Source: Malacoraja senta (lineage: Eukaryota). From it: a DNA stretch of 64,000 nucleotides. Location of the stretch: positions 1 through 64,000 of the forward strand of contig JAXLNO010000189.1 in assembly GCA_038087875.1 (NCBI GenBank), written 5' to 3'. Each line of letters starts with the position of its first letter. Position 1 is the stretch's first letter. Below the pieces are notes generated by a model. That model saw only the letters and a list, made by a program, of their open reading frames with translations. It was not told where the DNA came from and ran no database searches. Positions 24,207 through 38,448 of this stretch are shown in pieces. Position numbers and translations under genes: made by a program.

Positions 24207-26729
24207 AAACTACACTATTATTTTATCAAATGCATAAGCTGTTTATACAATAATCATGATTGAGGTTTTAATTTTACATTGTAAAATTTATGAATAAGGA
24301 AATGTTATATTCAAATTTAACCAATTGTAAAACCACAGAATCCTGGGATTACAGAGTTTATAGCTTAAATAAGTATTTTTGGTGCAATAAGCCTGTGCTG
24401 GTTCAAGCTCTACAATTGGAGTTGTCATCTCTACATGCAGTATTTTTTCAATTACATTTTAAATGGTATTATAATCCTCATTTTAATCGGCAATCTGGTG
24501 GACAATTCCTTGCTTAAAACCTTTCATCTTCATTCATCCAATGGTAATCCTGTCAATTTTCATGAAAAGCAACTCATCTGGAAATATTATTTTCCTTTCC
24601 TTCCAGCAGGTACAAAAGCAGGTATGATTTTTGCTCCTGACAAGTTTTAACCTTCTCAGTTGCAGTGAATTAAAAAACAATCAATTTCATTTCAAATGTA
24701 TTCCAATGAATCCAGTTTAGCTATTCAAAGACCCCAATTTCCTCTCAATGGGTAACACTCAAACACTGACCCAATTGATGTACAAAACCCGTTTAGATTT
24801 TAAAAGTGATCTGATGTTTCCAATCTTATACTTATTCAAATCTTGGTAATCTGTAATTTGTTTCTTGACTACTATAATTTAAAACTTTGCCGTTATTATA
24901 GAAATTAAAGATCATTATATTGAGAACAAATATAAATCTACGTAGCGTGTAGAACAAATGGTACGCATTAACTTAGTCATTATATTTATTGTATTAATTT
25001 TAGATTGGTTTTATTCACATCACTCATTTACTTAATTTACATCACACCTATTACAAACTACATTCACAAATATAACACATACATAGAAAAAAATAATTAT
25101 GTTAATAAGAAAGCATGAAGAGAAATGGAGCTCTTTGACAGCAGCCCTATTTGATGATTGTTGAAGAGCAATTTACAAATTTACATTCCATTCATAACTC
25201 AATGTTGATTAAAAAAAAACTTATTCGATAAAGATAATTTGCTGACGTGCATATTTTAAGGCTTGAACTATTAAAGGAAAATTTAATTATGGAAACAATA
25301 TGCTTCTTACACCAGAACGTTTTTTTTACAGTATTATCCTGCAACCCAATCAATTATCTCCAAAGTTTTTTTAAAAACTGTACTTACAGTATTTTAGCAG
25401 AATCATATTATTCAATGTAGTTACAATAACAATGAAAACATTTTTTTATTTGGTGGTGTTCTCAGTTTTCAGAATTCAACGAACCAATACAATTCTGACA
25501 TAAATACCAAGTCACCAGACCTGAAACACTGTCTGTCCATTCCCTCCACAGATGCTGTCTGATTCCCTTCCCCATTTGTACTTTGTTCATTGCTCAAGAT
25601 TTCAGCATCTGCAGTTTCTTGAGTCACCAACCAGTTTGGCAGTTTTTCCATGTAAAATGAGCAATCTCTACTGTGGGGTGATGTACCATCATCATGTCAA
25701 CAAGATTATTCAGAACGTTCAAAAGGCCAATGAATAATTATATCGCAGTGAAGGAGAGAACAAAATAAAAGCAGAACTAAAACATTTGCATCTATGAATG
25801 CCAATTTCTATGTTCCTAGACACAACAATTAAAAAATCACAGAACCACAGCTGATCAAACTACACAGCATCCCATGATGTGTTCATCTACATCAGAAAAA
25901 CAAGTCCTGGAGGAACTCAGCAGGTAAGGCAGCATTTGTTGAGGAAAATGGACAGATAATGTTTCAGGTGAGGACCCTTCCTTAGACCGATTATTCTTAA
26001 AAGGGTCCCAACCTGAAACATCATCTCTCCATTTCCCTCCACAGATGCTCCATCGATGAACCCATTGAGTACCACCAGCAGTTTGTTTTTTTACTCAAGA
26101 TCCCAGCATTCACAATTTCTTGTGTCTCCTCTAATTGGTGTCCTGAAACAGCACTAACGTGAAATTTACTTTAAGGATAGATCTTTTTTTAAAAGATTCA
26201 CACAGACAATCTGCAGCTTCTTGAGGAGGACACACTGAGAATTCAGGAGAAGATCAATGAGCCTCACAGGCTTCTCTAGGGGCAAGAAAATTGCATCAAG
26301 GAATCTCAATTAGTAACAACCTTCTACCTACCAACAGTGATTGATCTGCCATTCAAGTGATTGATTTGCCATTCAAGTGATTATTGCTCTGGAATGAACA
26401 CATTAATTCATAGAACTTACTACAGGGTGGGACACAAGAGAGTCTGGAAACATTATAGCATAGTAATTTAAAGCAAACATGTTAAAAATGTGTACTGCTT
26501 TGGAGTGAATTGTATTAAAGGTTATGACAATTTCGCATTTCATTATCAGAGAGCATCTAAAATGTCCTCCTGATTTATTGCGTAGATTTAATTAATATCT
26601 CTCTTGATGTGAAACGTGCTACGTCAATAGGAATGTGCTAGAACAGCCTGTGAGGTTAATTGATTTCTTTTTCAAAATTCTCAGTGTGTCCACCTCAAGC
26701 AGCTTTACATTGTCTGTGTGAAAAGTATC

Positions 26730-27185
26730 AGCGTCAAACAGCATGGAAACAGGCTCTTTGGCCCAACTTACTCACACAAACTAAGATGCCGCATCTACGC
26801 TAGTCCACTTCCCTGATAGTTGGCCCATATCCTTCCAAATCTTTCATATCCATGTATGAGTCCAAATGTATTTTTTAAAGATATTTATTGTGACAGTATC
26901 TCCCTTAACTACCTCTTATGATAACTCGTTCCATATACCCACAACCCACTGTGTGAAAAAGTTGCCCTCAGGTTCCTATTAAATCTTTCCCCTTAAACCA
27001 ATGTCCTCTGGTACTTGATTCCCCTTCTCTGGGTAAAATGCACATTTACCCTATCTATTCCCCTCATGATCTTATACACCTTATACACCTCTGTACGTTT
27101 ACTCCATATCTTCCTGCGCTTCAAGGAATAAAGCCTGCCTAACTTTTCCCAATAATCTCTGGCCGTTGAGTCCTGGCATCATCCT
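26730..27185 (-). mobile_element. CR1 LINE 3' fragment
   Basis: Reverse complement of the CR1 3' end seen at 42985-43360. Confidence 0.7.
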
Positions 27186-28099
27186 TATTAAATGGAATCT
27201 ATATTAAACAAATCTATCCTTAAAGTACACGTGAAAGAAACACACTTTTAGAGACTAATTTAAATGGTTGCATTGGTAGGAATTGGGAAGTAAACAAACC
27301 AGCTTTCTAAAGAGCAGACAATTCATGTTACCGAGGATGAACGGACAACTTTTTTAATTTTGGCTCAGGTATGTGCTGATTCAAAGTGCAGCATAATACC
27401 AAGAAAAGTAGTTCTCTGAATCTCCCCCAAGTAACATCCAGTGTGTGAACCTAGTCCATGAATGCCAGCAGTCAATTCGATCAAAAGGAGGGGTAACACA
27501 GCAAACACTGCTCCTATCATTAACGAACATCTAAGCAAACACCTTTTCCAGCATGCCTTGAGACGGCAGTCAAAAGCAGTAACCGTGGCAAGTTTATTTC
27601 TCCCTCCCTGCCCAAGAGATATCTTTATTTCCCTTTCCCTCTCCATGCATACCTTTTACCAACCATATTGCAGCCAACTATCAATAATATATTTGTGCCT
27701 CATGTTTCATGCTGACCAGTGCATTATTTAATAACCGACGTATTAATGGAAGCCAAACATTTCCACTGGTTCTGAGAATCTTTCTGCAAAGTTCTGCATA
27801 CTTCCAATGAGAAAAGAATCAAACTTCAGATCATCAGAATGTTTTTGGAAAAGTTCAGAACCCAAGAAATTAAGCAGATCCATTACAGCAATAGGAGAAC
27901 ATACCTGAGATTGGGAAGTGACATGCAATCGGTCAGATAGTACAGGACACAAAAAAAAAGAATATTATCTACAGAATCAAATCTATTTAGACCAATCCAT
28001 GTGTGAATAATTTCATGAATAGCAGAATTTTATAATAACCCATACAATACAGTAGTCAATTGCTAAATATCAACGGTATTATATGTTCAAAATGTTCTC

Positions 28100-28405
28100 T
28101 AGTTTTAGTTTAGTTTAGTTTAGAGATACAGTGTTGAAACAGGCCCTTCTGCCCACCGAGTCTGTCCTGACCAGCGATCCCCGCACACTTATTCTGTCCT
28201 ACATAAACTGGGGACAATATACAATTATACCATGCCATTTAACCTACAAACCTGTACATCTTTGGAGTATGGGAGAAAACCGGGAAAACCCCATGCAGGT
28301 CATGTGGAGAACGTAAAACGTAAAAAAGCACCCATAGTTAAGATCGAACCCGGGTCTCTGGTGCAGTAAGACAGCAACTCTAACGCTCATCTACCATGCT
28401 GCCCC
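28100..28405 (-). mobile_element. HE1/V-SINE-like SINE in probable 3' UTR of the GPCR gene
   Basis: B-box GGGTTCGATCT, (taaac)n tail. Confidence 0.8.
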
Positions 28406-28610
28406 TTAAATACTCTTTGTGATATTAATTATTGCCTCACTACACAATGAAACAATTGTAACAAGATGTCCAACATTCTCTACAGTTTTGTAAACTTTTG
28501 TCATAAGTAATAATTTCTTTTTAATTCATTGCTGAAATGGTTTTGTCAAAGTCGTAACCAATTTTCTTCCTGCACCTGATGGATCCGTTTTATCTTCGGA
28601 GTGGCAGCAG

Positions 28611-28684
28611 TTAATGCAAAGTAGAATAGCTGAGGGATTTGTCCTTGCTCCCCGAGGCTCCCTGGCCGGTAACGTTGTAGTTCT
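28611..28684 (-). CDS. ADGRF5: ADGRF5-like last coding exon
   Basis: Acceptor ctctgatctttcag; phase 1; (K)NYNVTGQGASGSKDKSLSYSTLH-TAA, resembling the ADGRF5 terminal YNVS...SLLN. Confidence 0.8.
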
Positions 28685-28763
28685 CTGAAAGATCAGAGCA
28701 GGAGAAAAGTTAATGACTTAGGTCGTGGCAATGCCATATTAATGCACACCATTTTACTGAGTC

Positions 28764-31700
28764 AATAGACATAGACAATAGACAATAGGTGCAGGAGTAG
28801 GCCATTCGGCCCTTGGAGCCAACAGCACCATTCAATGTGATCATGGCTGATCATCCCCAATCAGTACCCCTTTCCTGCCTTCTCCCCATATCCCCTGACT
28901 CCGCTATCTTTAAGAGCCCTATCTAGCTCTCTCTTGAAAGTATCCAGAGAATCGGCCTCCATCGCCCTCTGAGGCAGAGAATTCCAGACTCACAACTCTC
29001 TGTGAGAAAAAGTGTTTCCTCGTCTCCATTCTAAATGGCTAACCCCATATTCCTAAAATGTGACCCCTGGTTCTGGACTCCCCCAACATCGGGAACATGT
29101 TTCCTGCCTCTAGCGTGTCCAAACCCTTAATAATCTTATATGTTTCAATAAGATTCCCTCTCATCCTTTTAAACTCCAGTATACAAGCCCAGCCGCTCTA
29201 TTCTCTCAGCATATGACAGTCCCGCCATTAACGAATTAACCTTGTAAACCTACGCTACACTCCCTCAATAGCAAGAATGTCCTTCCTCAAATTAGGGGAC
29301 TAAATCTGCACACAATACTCCAGGTGTGGTCTCACTAGGGCCCTATACAACTGCAGAAGGACCTCTTTGCTCCTATACTCAACTCCTCTTGTTATATAGG
29401 TGTAGATCAATGTCACTCATGTAATGAGTTATACTTTGTAGCTACGCCCACTAGCTTAACAGAAAGCTTCTCAGCCCTTTCTCCTTCAGTCTTGAGTTAC
29501 ATATTAAGATGAAGTTACCTATGCTGTCACGCTAATAAAGTATTTGGATCTTAATCACTGTGTGTGACCTAAGTTATTCCAACAGCAGAAGCTCGACATG
29601 GTGTCAGAGTGTACGGACTCACTCTTTGCTTAATAATGTTGCTTTTATTTTAGTTTGTTGTTTTCTCTGGTATATATTACTATGGCTTCTGCTCTCAGAA
29701 AACCAGAGATCCTGATGTTTGACGAAGACCTCGCAGAACAGTGGTGCATATTTGAAGAAGATTTCTCAATTTACATTGAAGCAGCTCCCCCTACTGCTGC
29801 TCCCGGTGTTCGAGCATCAATTCTTCTTAATCTAGCAGGCACAGAAGCTGCCCGATGTGCCAGACGATTTCAATGTGAACTGGCTAGGTTAGACCCGGCT
29901 GGTGTCCAGATCGCTCCCGCTGAGTCTATCCGAGACCCTGACTGCCTACTATGCAAATTCCGACAGTTATGCGAGTTACGCACTAACTTGGTCATGGAGA
30001 GGCATTTGTTCTTTTCCCGAAGCCAGAGACAGGGTGAACCTGTGGAGATGTATGTCAGTGCGTTGATGCACATTGCCAGTCGATGCGATTTCAGGGATAT
30101 ATGTGATAGCCTAGTCCATGACCGTTTGGTCTATGGTGTCCACAATGATAAATTACACCACGAGTTACTGCGGGATGCTGAGCTTACGCTGGAGACTGCT
30201 GTAAACCGCTGTCACATTTGCTGAAATGGCTGACACTCATACAAAAGTTTTAGTGCACTCTGCTGGTCGTGAAATTAATGTTACCGGCATGTCTTATCAA
30301 ATCTCTCGCCGTTCTCCTCAAGTGCCCGACAACTCTATCGTGAGACTAATAGACAATTGTTTTAACTGTGGGGGTTTGCATGCTGCTGCTCATGACCGTT
30401 GCCCTGCATATGGAAAATTATGTCGATTTTTTAACAAAAGGAATCATTTCTTCAAACGCTGCCACTCGCGTAGCAACAGAGTTCTTCATACAAGGCAATC
30501 TGTTAATTCACTTGGCCATGAGAACTTGCTCTCGGAATGCTCTCAACCAGCTCCCATGGATTTGCAGGCTGCTAGCGAAGGTTTTGACTTGGATGTGCAT
30601 TCCGTGTCTAATTCAATACACAAACAACTAGACCCCAAGGTCGCTTTGCTCGTTAATGGCAAGGACTTTAATCTGAAAGTTGACACAGGGGCCAGATGTA
30701 ACGTGATCTGTCTAGCTGTGTTGAAAAAGTTGCGAAAAATAGAGACTGTCACTCCTACGGCTGCTTCCCTTCTCCCATTTGCAGGAGGTCCAGTGCACCA
30801 TATCGGTCAAGTAATGACGCTGCTGTCTTAACTCACGTGTCCACAACATGAGTTTCTATGTTTTTCGTGAGGATATACCGTCTCTGCTGGGTGCCAATGC
30901 TTGTCACGACCTGGGACTTGTCTCTTTCAGCCGTTCTGTTTGTCATCTGACTACAACCTGTGACTTTAGCCAACAAATCCTGACACAAAACTTTGTTTGA
31001 CGACAAGCTGGGCAGGTTGCCTGTTAAGTGCACAATTACCATTAACCCTGAGATAATCCCAGATGTCCGTCCAGCACACAAGATTCCCCATGCTATGCGG
31101 GACCGTGTTCAAAGTGAACTCAATAGAATGGTGTCTCTAGGTGTCATTGCTCCCATTGCTGACCCCTCGGATTGGGTCTCCACTATGGTTGTGGCAACGA
31201 AGAAGAATAAATACGAAATACGGATTTGTATCAATCCTAAGGACTTAAACACAGCCATTAATCAACCTCACTATCCCATGCGCATTGTGGACGAGATTGC
31301 AGCGCAGATGCTGAGGCAACTGTAATCACTGTACTAGATGCCAAGTGTTCATTCTGGCAGATTTCGCTGGAACACAACTCCTCCAAGTTAACCACCTTCA
31401 ACACACAGTTCGGGCGATACAGATTTCTTTGCATGTCTTTTGGCATAAGCTCTGCCAGTGACGTATTTCAACAATCTATGGAGCAGTTGTTTGCAGGTTA
31501 CCCATGCTCCATTGTAGTGGATGACATCCTCGTTGCTGGACAAACCGTGGAAGAACACAATGCTAATCTGACAAAGGTCCTGGATCGCGCCAAGGCCATT
31601 AACCTCAAGCTAAACCCTCAAAAATGCAAATTCTGGGTAAGTGAGGTGAAATACATAGGCCATATGTTCACTAAGGACGGCCTAAAATCTGATCTGGTGA

Positions 31701-34470
31701 AAACCAATGCCATCAAGAGCTCCCAGCACCCACAGACGTGCTCGGTCTGCAGAGATTCCTTGGCATGGTGAACTACTTGAGCAAATTTATTCCGGACTTC
31801 AGTGAAATATCAGCCCAGTTGCGCCAGCTTACACACAAAGACACTGCATGGACCTGGCACGACCAACAGCAGAGGCCGTTCGACACCTTTAAGCAGCAGA
31901 TGTCTTGTGCTCCTACTCTCGCTTATTTTGATCCTAAACGACCAGTCACACTGACGTGACACTTCACAACACAGACTAGGCGCAGCATGTCTTCAAAATG
32001 ACGGTAGTGGCAATAAGCCTGTTGCCTATGCCTCGCGCACTATGACTGATACAGAACAACGCTATGCCCAAATTGAGAAAGAGCTGCTGGCGGTTGTTTT
32101 CGCCTGCAAGAAATTTAACGACTTTATCTTTGGACATACGGTCTCAATTGAAACCGAACACCAACCTCTGATCAGCATCTTTAACAAACCGATTCATGCC
32201 TCTCCAGCGTGCTTACAGCGGATGCTGCTACAACTTCAAACATATGACATCGTTCTCACATATAAACGTGGTAAGGATATGCACCTGGCCAACACACTCT
32301 CGCGTGCATCCCGGAAGACCTGTGAGCGTCCGTCCTCGCCGGATGATGACTTTATCGTAATGACTGTGTCTTTTATTCCCTCATCCTGTATGGAGGATTT
32401 GGTTGCCCGCACTGCTGCTGACAGTACCCTACAGTCACTCGCCTCCGTCATTAAGCGCGGCTGGCCAGACAAACACTATGATGTTCCGCTGCAAGTTCGG
32501 CCTTTCTTTGCCATCTGCAGGATTGCATTATTGTAAAAGGACATAAAGCTGTGGTCCCTGCTTCGCTGCACAGCAAGTATTTTGACGCAGTCCATGCAGG
32601 GCACCCAGGCGCCGAAGCCACCATCCTACGAGCAAGGAACATGTTTTACTGGCCTGGCTTGGCCAAATACATTACTGAGACTGTGGCATCCTGTGCAGTG
32701 TGTAACAGCTTGACACCTCATCAATAAAAGCAACCATTTCTTTCACATCCGGCTCCTGCTCTCCCGTGGTCTACAGTGGCAACTGACATATTTGTGTGGC
32801 ATGGCAAGCAGTACCTGGCACTTGTCGATTCGTATTCTGGATGGCTTGACATTGATTTTCTTAGCAGCCCCACTTCTCGCGGGGTAGTTTCGAAGCTTGC
32901 TTGCCATTTTGCAGACCACGGAGCTCCGTGCATACTGTTATCTGATAACGGCAGTCAATTTACCAGCCAATACTTCAAGGAGTTTGCTGCACGCTGGGGT
33001 TTTCGCCACATCACCAGCAGCCCTGAATATCCACAGTCGAATGGACTAGCTGAGCCGGCTGTCGTGAGTGCCAAACAGCTCATGGAATGATCGTACAGAG
33101 CTAATTCCGACGTGTTCTTGGATCTACTCAACCTACGCAACACCTCCCGTGACCCCATTTTAGGTTGACCCACTCAACGTTTATTGTCAAGGCAGACCCG
33201 AGCCATGATGCCTGTGGCGGATCAGGCATTGGTCCCACAGGTGGGTCCACCATGGGAAGTCCAGTCCAGGTTACAACAAAAGCGTGACATTCAAAAACAG
33301 TGGTATGACAAGACAAATAGGCCGCTGGTCGTTTGCAAACTGACAAAGGCCATGACCGTAACTTCTGGAACTGCTTCTGAGCCACGCTCATAACTGGTCA
33401 GTGCCGATGGCGGCACTTACAAGCGTAACAGACAACATATCCTGCCTGTGAATGAGCCGAGTCCACCTCCGTATTATCCTGACCGCGGAAGTGTACTGCC
33501 GTCCGTGCCCAGCGGTTCCACCTACACCTGCACAACAACCCACTTCGGGAGCGGCTGTTTTGCCAGTGGCGACGCTCCCTCCGCCTGCGCTGCAGTCCCT
33601 TGTTTCACCACCAGGAATGTTGGTTCAATCTCCATCACCCGTGAAGCCACCGGCTCTGTCCACGGTGGGGAAAAAATGATATGGTTTTTATCACACACGT
33701 GCTGATCGTGTTTGCAAGCCCACCGTGAAGTACCCGGGCTATGTTTGACTTTCTCCGGCTTATTGTCAATTGCTATGCATGCCTTATTTAGTCACTGGTT
33801 TTGTACTGACATTTAATTCTTTAAGAGGGAGGATGTAGATCAGTGTCACTCATGTAATGAGTCATACTTTGTAGCTACACCCACTAGATTAACAGAAAGC
33901 TTCACAGCCCTTTCTCCTTCAGTCTTGAGTTACGTATTAAGATGAAGTTACCTATGCTGTAACGCTAATGAAGTCTTTGGATCTTAATCACTGTGTGTGA
34001 CCTAAGTTATTCCAACAGCAGAAGCTCGACAAAAGGCCAACATGCCATTCGCTTTCTTCAATGCCTGCTGTACCTGCATGGTTACTTTCATTGACTGATG
34101 AACAAGGACCCCCAGATCCCGTTGTACTTCCCCTTTTCCCAACTTGACACAATTTAGATAGTAATCTGGCTTCCTGTTTTTGCTACCAAAGTGGATAACC
34201 TCACATTTATCCACATTAAACCGCATCTGCCATGCATCTGCCCACTCACCCAAACTGTCCAAGTCATCCTGCATTCTCATAGCATCCTCCTCACAGTTCA
34301 CACTGCCACCCAGCTTTGTGTCATCTGCAAATTTGCTAATGTTACTTTGAATCCCTTCATCTAAATCATTGATGTATATTGTAAATAGCTGCGGCCCCAG
34401 CACCAAACCTTGCGGTACCCCACTAGTCACTGCCTGCCATTCTGAAAAGGACCCGTTAATGCCTCCTCTT
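28764..34470 (-). mobile_element. CR1 LINE 3' portion split by a Gypsy insertion
   Basis: GVPQG..LGP, FADDTKL, KCEVIHFG (34032-34470) continuing at 29400-28764 to a (ctattgt)n tail. Confidence 0.9.
29401..34031 (+). mobile_element. Full-length decayed Ty3/Gypsy LTR retrotransposon (Mag-like)
   Basis: 198-bp TG..CA LTRs at 29401-29598 and 33834-34031; TSD atagg/aaagg; PBS TGGTGTCAGAG; PPT aagagggagga; gag with Cys/His knuckles, VDTGA protease, VVDD RT, YAQIEKE RNase H, SDNG/SNGLAE integrase; many stops. Confidence 0.95.
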
Positions 34471-34747
34471 AATCCCTAGTCATCTGCTTTCTTTATTGCA
34501 GCATTGAGTTGTGCATCAGCTGTAACTTATAGCAGCAACTTTTTGTGCAAACACAGCATTGTGATCAGCAGACTGAGCTGAGAGTAGTGACGAAAGGAAA
34601 CCGAGGTAAGGTCAGACTAAAATCAGGCCTGAGATTCCAATTTAATCACTTACTTCAATGACAGATTCCTTCCCTAGTAAATGACAGCTTTCTATAAGAA
34701 AATCAATTTCTCAACTCAGCTGTGATCAGTTTTATATTTATACTTAC

Positions 34748-34814
34748 TTTCTCTCCCGGGAAATGCAATACCAGGCTTGGAGCGAAACCTTCCAGTGGAA
34801 GAAGTCTGTACAGT
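34748..34814 (-). CDS. ADGRF5: ADGRF5-like exon (C-tail)
   Basis: 67 nt TVQTSSTGRFRSKPGIAFPGRE+1; acceptor ctttactttatcag, donor gtaagt; phase matches both neighbours. Confidence 0.75.
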
Positions 34815-35929
34815 CTGATAAAGTAAAGGGTATGGTGTTAATGCATGAGGCAACCTATGTTACTTCTAATTTCTTCTCCAAAAGACCTTCTGAACGTTCT
34901 CAGCAAATTACCATAATGCAATTTAGATTTACACAAGATTAGCACCCTCTACACTCTGTTCCCAACTGGGAGTACAGGCCTGTACACCAGAGGGAAGCCA
35001 TCAGAAATAGTTTGTGTCAATTCACTTGTCCCAAGCCATCTGCAGTTTAAGAGGGGTGCGGAAAGGGGAAAAACATCTCCTTGAACTCTGAGGTCACCAC
35101 TCGTTCTTGTGTACTAGGCTAATTTCTTTCTTTATTTCCATTTGAGATGACCCCCCTCCCCACCATGTTGGCAATCAAACTGGAAAATATTTGCTGCTTC
35201 AGAGGTAAGTATCACCTTCCATACAAGCGGAACCAACATTGCACACAATACTCCAGATGTGATCTTACAGTTATAGTTACCATTACAACTTCCTCACCCT
35301 GGTACTCATCCCACCCCTGACACACTTTGCAATGAAGGGTACAGTGGCCACAAACTGTTCTACTTCAATAATGATTCATTCACGATTTTGTGCAATTATT
35401 TAAAAACCTATACAATGGAGAGAAATGAAGTGGAAAATCAAATATATATTTATTTTGAAAATCTAAATATAGTTATGTGCATGCAAGCTTGCTGATATTA
35501 CATTGTTTTTTTAACAGCTGTTTTAATGACCATGTGTCCAGTGAGCTATTCAGTACCTGATCCAACTTCACACGGACACACATGCACCCAGAGATTCAAT
35601 GTTGCTTCTCACTTTCCCCTCCCACAATCCTTGAACCTGTATTTCTCCACAAGTCAGGACAGGAGTGAGGACATTAACTGAAGTTTGACCGTTCATGGAG
35701 AGGCACCGTCACTTTGTAACATAACGTCGCAGACAATTTTAATTTGCTGAAAGATTGTTGACGGGGCAGGTGAAGTTGGTTGGGTAGCCCATGCTGGCCC
35801 CTCCTCCATGTACCATGGACTGAAAACTCCCATCTTGTTCAAATCTTAAATCCCTCCGTACTGCCAGCGGAGTGTCTACTGACTACCACTCCTCTGTATC
35901 CCCCGTAGCACAGAAGCTTCTTGCTGCCT

Positions 35930-37655
35930 GAGCCCATTTCCTGGCAGACCCATTGTTTTTGCTTGTTCATGTCCCACCGAACTTATTTCCACATACCTCG
36001 ACTCCATCCTTTCCCCCCTGGTTAAATCCCTCCCTACCTATGTCCAAGACACCTCACACGCTCTTCGTCTCTTCCATGACTTCCGTTTTCTAGGCCCTCG
36101 TTCCCTCATCTTCACCATGGATGTCCAGTCACTGTACACCTGCATCCCCCACCAGGAGGGTCTTAAAGCCCTCTGTTTCTTCCTCGACCGCAGAACCAAC
36201 CAATCCCCGTCTACTAATACTTTCCTCTGCCTAGCGGAGCTGGTCCTTATCCTCAACAACATTTAGTTTGACTCCTCCCATTTCCTCCAAATCCAAGGCG
36301 TAGCTATGGGCATGTGCATGGGCCCCAGCTATGCCTGCCTCTTTGTAGGGTACGTCGAACAATCCTTGTTCGAGGCGTGCTGTGGCCCTATCCCCGAACT
36401 CTACCTCCACTACATCGACGACTGCATTGGTGCTACCTCCTGCACCCATGCAGAACTCACTGGCTTCATCTATTTCACCACTAACGTCCATCCGGCAATC
36501 AAATTCACCTGGACCATTTCCGACATCTCACTACCGTTTCTAGACCTCACTATCTCCATCGCAGGTAACAGACAACTGACCAACATTTACTATAAACCCA
36601 CTGACTCCCATGGCTATCTGGACTACACTTCTTCCAACCCTGCTTCCTGCAAGGACTCTATCCCCTACTCCCAATTCCTCCGTCTATGCCGCATCTGCAT
36701 CCAGGATGAGGTGTTCCAAACCAGGGCATCGGAGATGTCTTCATTCTTTAGGGAAAGGAGGTTCCCCTCCTCGACTATAGATGAGGCTCTCACCAGGGTC
36801 TCTCCTATACCCCGTAACTCTGCTCTCACTCCCCATCCCCCCACTCGTAACAAGGACAGAGTCCCCCTTGTCCTCACCTTCCACCTACCAGCCGTCACAT
36901 ACAACAGATAATCCTCTGACATTTTCGCCACCTCCAATGGGATCTCACCACTGGCCACATCTTCCCATCTCCTCCCCTTTTGGCATTCCGCAGAGACCAC
37001 TCCCTCCATAACTCCCTGGTCAATTCATCCCTTCCCACTCAAACCACACCCTCCCCTGATACTTTCCCTTGCAACCACAGGAAATGCTACACTTGTCGCT
37101 TTACCTCCCCTCTTGACTCCGTCCAAGGACCTAAGCAGTCTTTCCAGGCGCGGCAGAGGTTTACCTTTACCTCCTCCAACCTCATCTATTGCATACGCTG
37201 CTCTAGGTGTCAGCTGCTCTACATCGGTGAGACCAAGCTCAGGCTTGGCGATCGCTTCTCCCAACACCTTCGCTCAGTTCGCAATAACCAACCTGATCTC
37301 CCGGTAGCTCAGCACTTCAACTCCCCCTCCCATTCCGAATCAGACCTTCCTGTCCTGGGCCTCCTCGATGTCCAGAGTGAGTCCCATCGTAAATTGTAGG
37401 AGCAGCACCTCATATTTTGCTTGGGTAGTTTACACCCCAGCGGTATGAACCTAGACTTCTCTAATTTCAGGTAGTCCTTGCTTTCCCCTCCCCTTCCCAG
37501 CTCTCCCACAGCTCACTGTCTCTGCCTCTTCCTTTCTTCTTCCCGCCCCCACCACCCCCACATCAGTCTGAAGAAGGGTCTCGACCCGAAACCTATTCCT
37601 TAGCTCCATAGATGCTGCCTCACCAGCTGAGTTTCTCCAGCATTTTTATCTACAT
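35930..37655 (+). mobile_element. Penelope-like element (5' truncated; RT + GIY-YIG + terminal repeat)
   Basis: GVAMG.CMGPSYACLF, YIDDC, LPFLD, YYKPTD, LIYCIRCSRCQLLYIGET; CTGAAGA..GAAAC core at 37568-37592. Confidence 0.92.
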
Positions 37656-37696
37656 CCTACTTCCAGGGAACGTCATTTCTCTCGACTTCTCTAATT

Positions 37697-38113
37697 AGTT
37701 TAGTTTAATTTAGTTTTGTTTCAAGAAACAGGCCTGTCATCGCACAGAATACACACCAACCATCGATTACTCGTTCACACTAGTTTTGTGTCATCCCGTC
37801 CTACACACTAGGGGCAATTTTTAAAAGGCCATTTAACATAGTCAAGAGTGTTATATTGTCATATGTCCCAGACAGAATAATGAGATTCTTAGTTGCAGTA
37901 GCACAACAGAATATGTAAAGATGGTACTCTGTAAATAATATAACCTACAAACCCACATCTTTTGGATGTGGGAGGAAACCAGAGAACCCGGAGGAACCCA
38001 TGTATTCACGGGGAGAGCTTGCAAACTGCACACAGACAGCACCCAAGGTCAGGATCGAAACTGGGACTCTGGCGCTGTGAGGCAGCTCTACCAACTGCGT
38101 CACTGTGCTGCCT
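37697..38113 (-). mobile_element. HE1/V-SINE-like SINE (with internal insertion)
   Basis: tRNA-like head, V-SINE-like core, (taaac)n tail. Confidence 0.7.
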
Positions 38114-38255
38114 TCTAATAGTCTCTATCGTCAATTAGAAACCAGTGCAAAATCCATTTTCTGACCTAGTTTTCAACTAATTTTCACCAAATCCATTACA
38201 CATCTTTCTTTTTCATAACATGAACAATCAGCTGGTTTTATTCTTTCAGCCTTAC

Positions 38256-38312
38256 CCTTGTTCGGGAAGACAATCTACTCAAAGAGAACTTCTTCAGTAA
38301 GGCTTCTCGCAC
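38256..38312 (-). CDS. ADGRF5: ADGRF5-like exon (helix 8 / C-tail)
   Basis: 57 nt VREALLKKFSLSRLSSRTR, resembling ADGRF5 VQEALLNKFSLSR; cag acceptor, gtaagg donor. Confidence 0.88.
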
Positions 38313-38406
38313 CTGTGTTTGCAGCAGAACAAAGCATTATATTAGGTGAGGTGAAAATGGACAAATTACAGAAAAACGAGCAAAAAAAACAATAGATGTA
38401 TCTCAC

Positions 38407-38448
38407 CTTGCTATCCAAGCATGTTCCAAAGATCAAAATGAAGAATCC
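38407..38448 (-). CDS. ADGRF5: ADGRF5-like exon (end of TM7)
   Basis: 42 nt GFFILIFGTCLDSK, completing the FQG motif; acceptor ttttccag, donor gtgaga. Confidence 0.9.
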
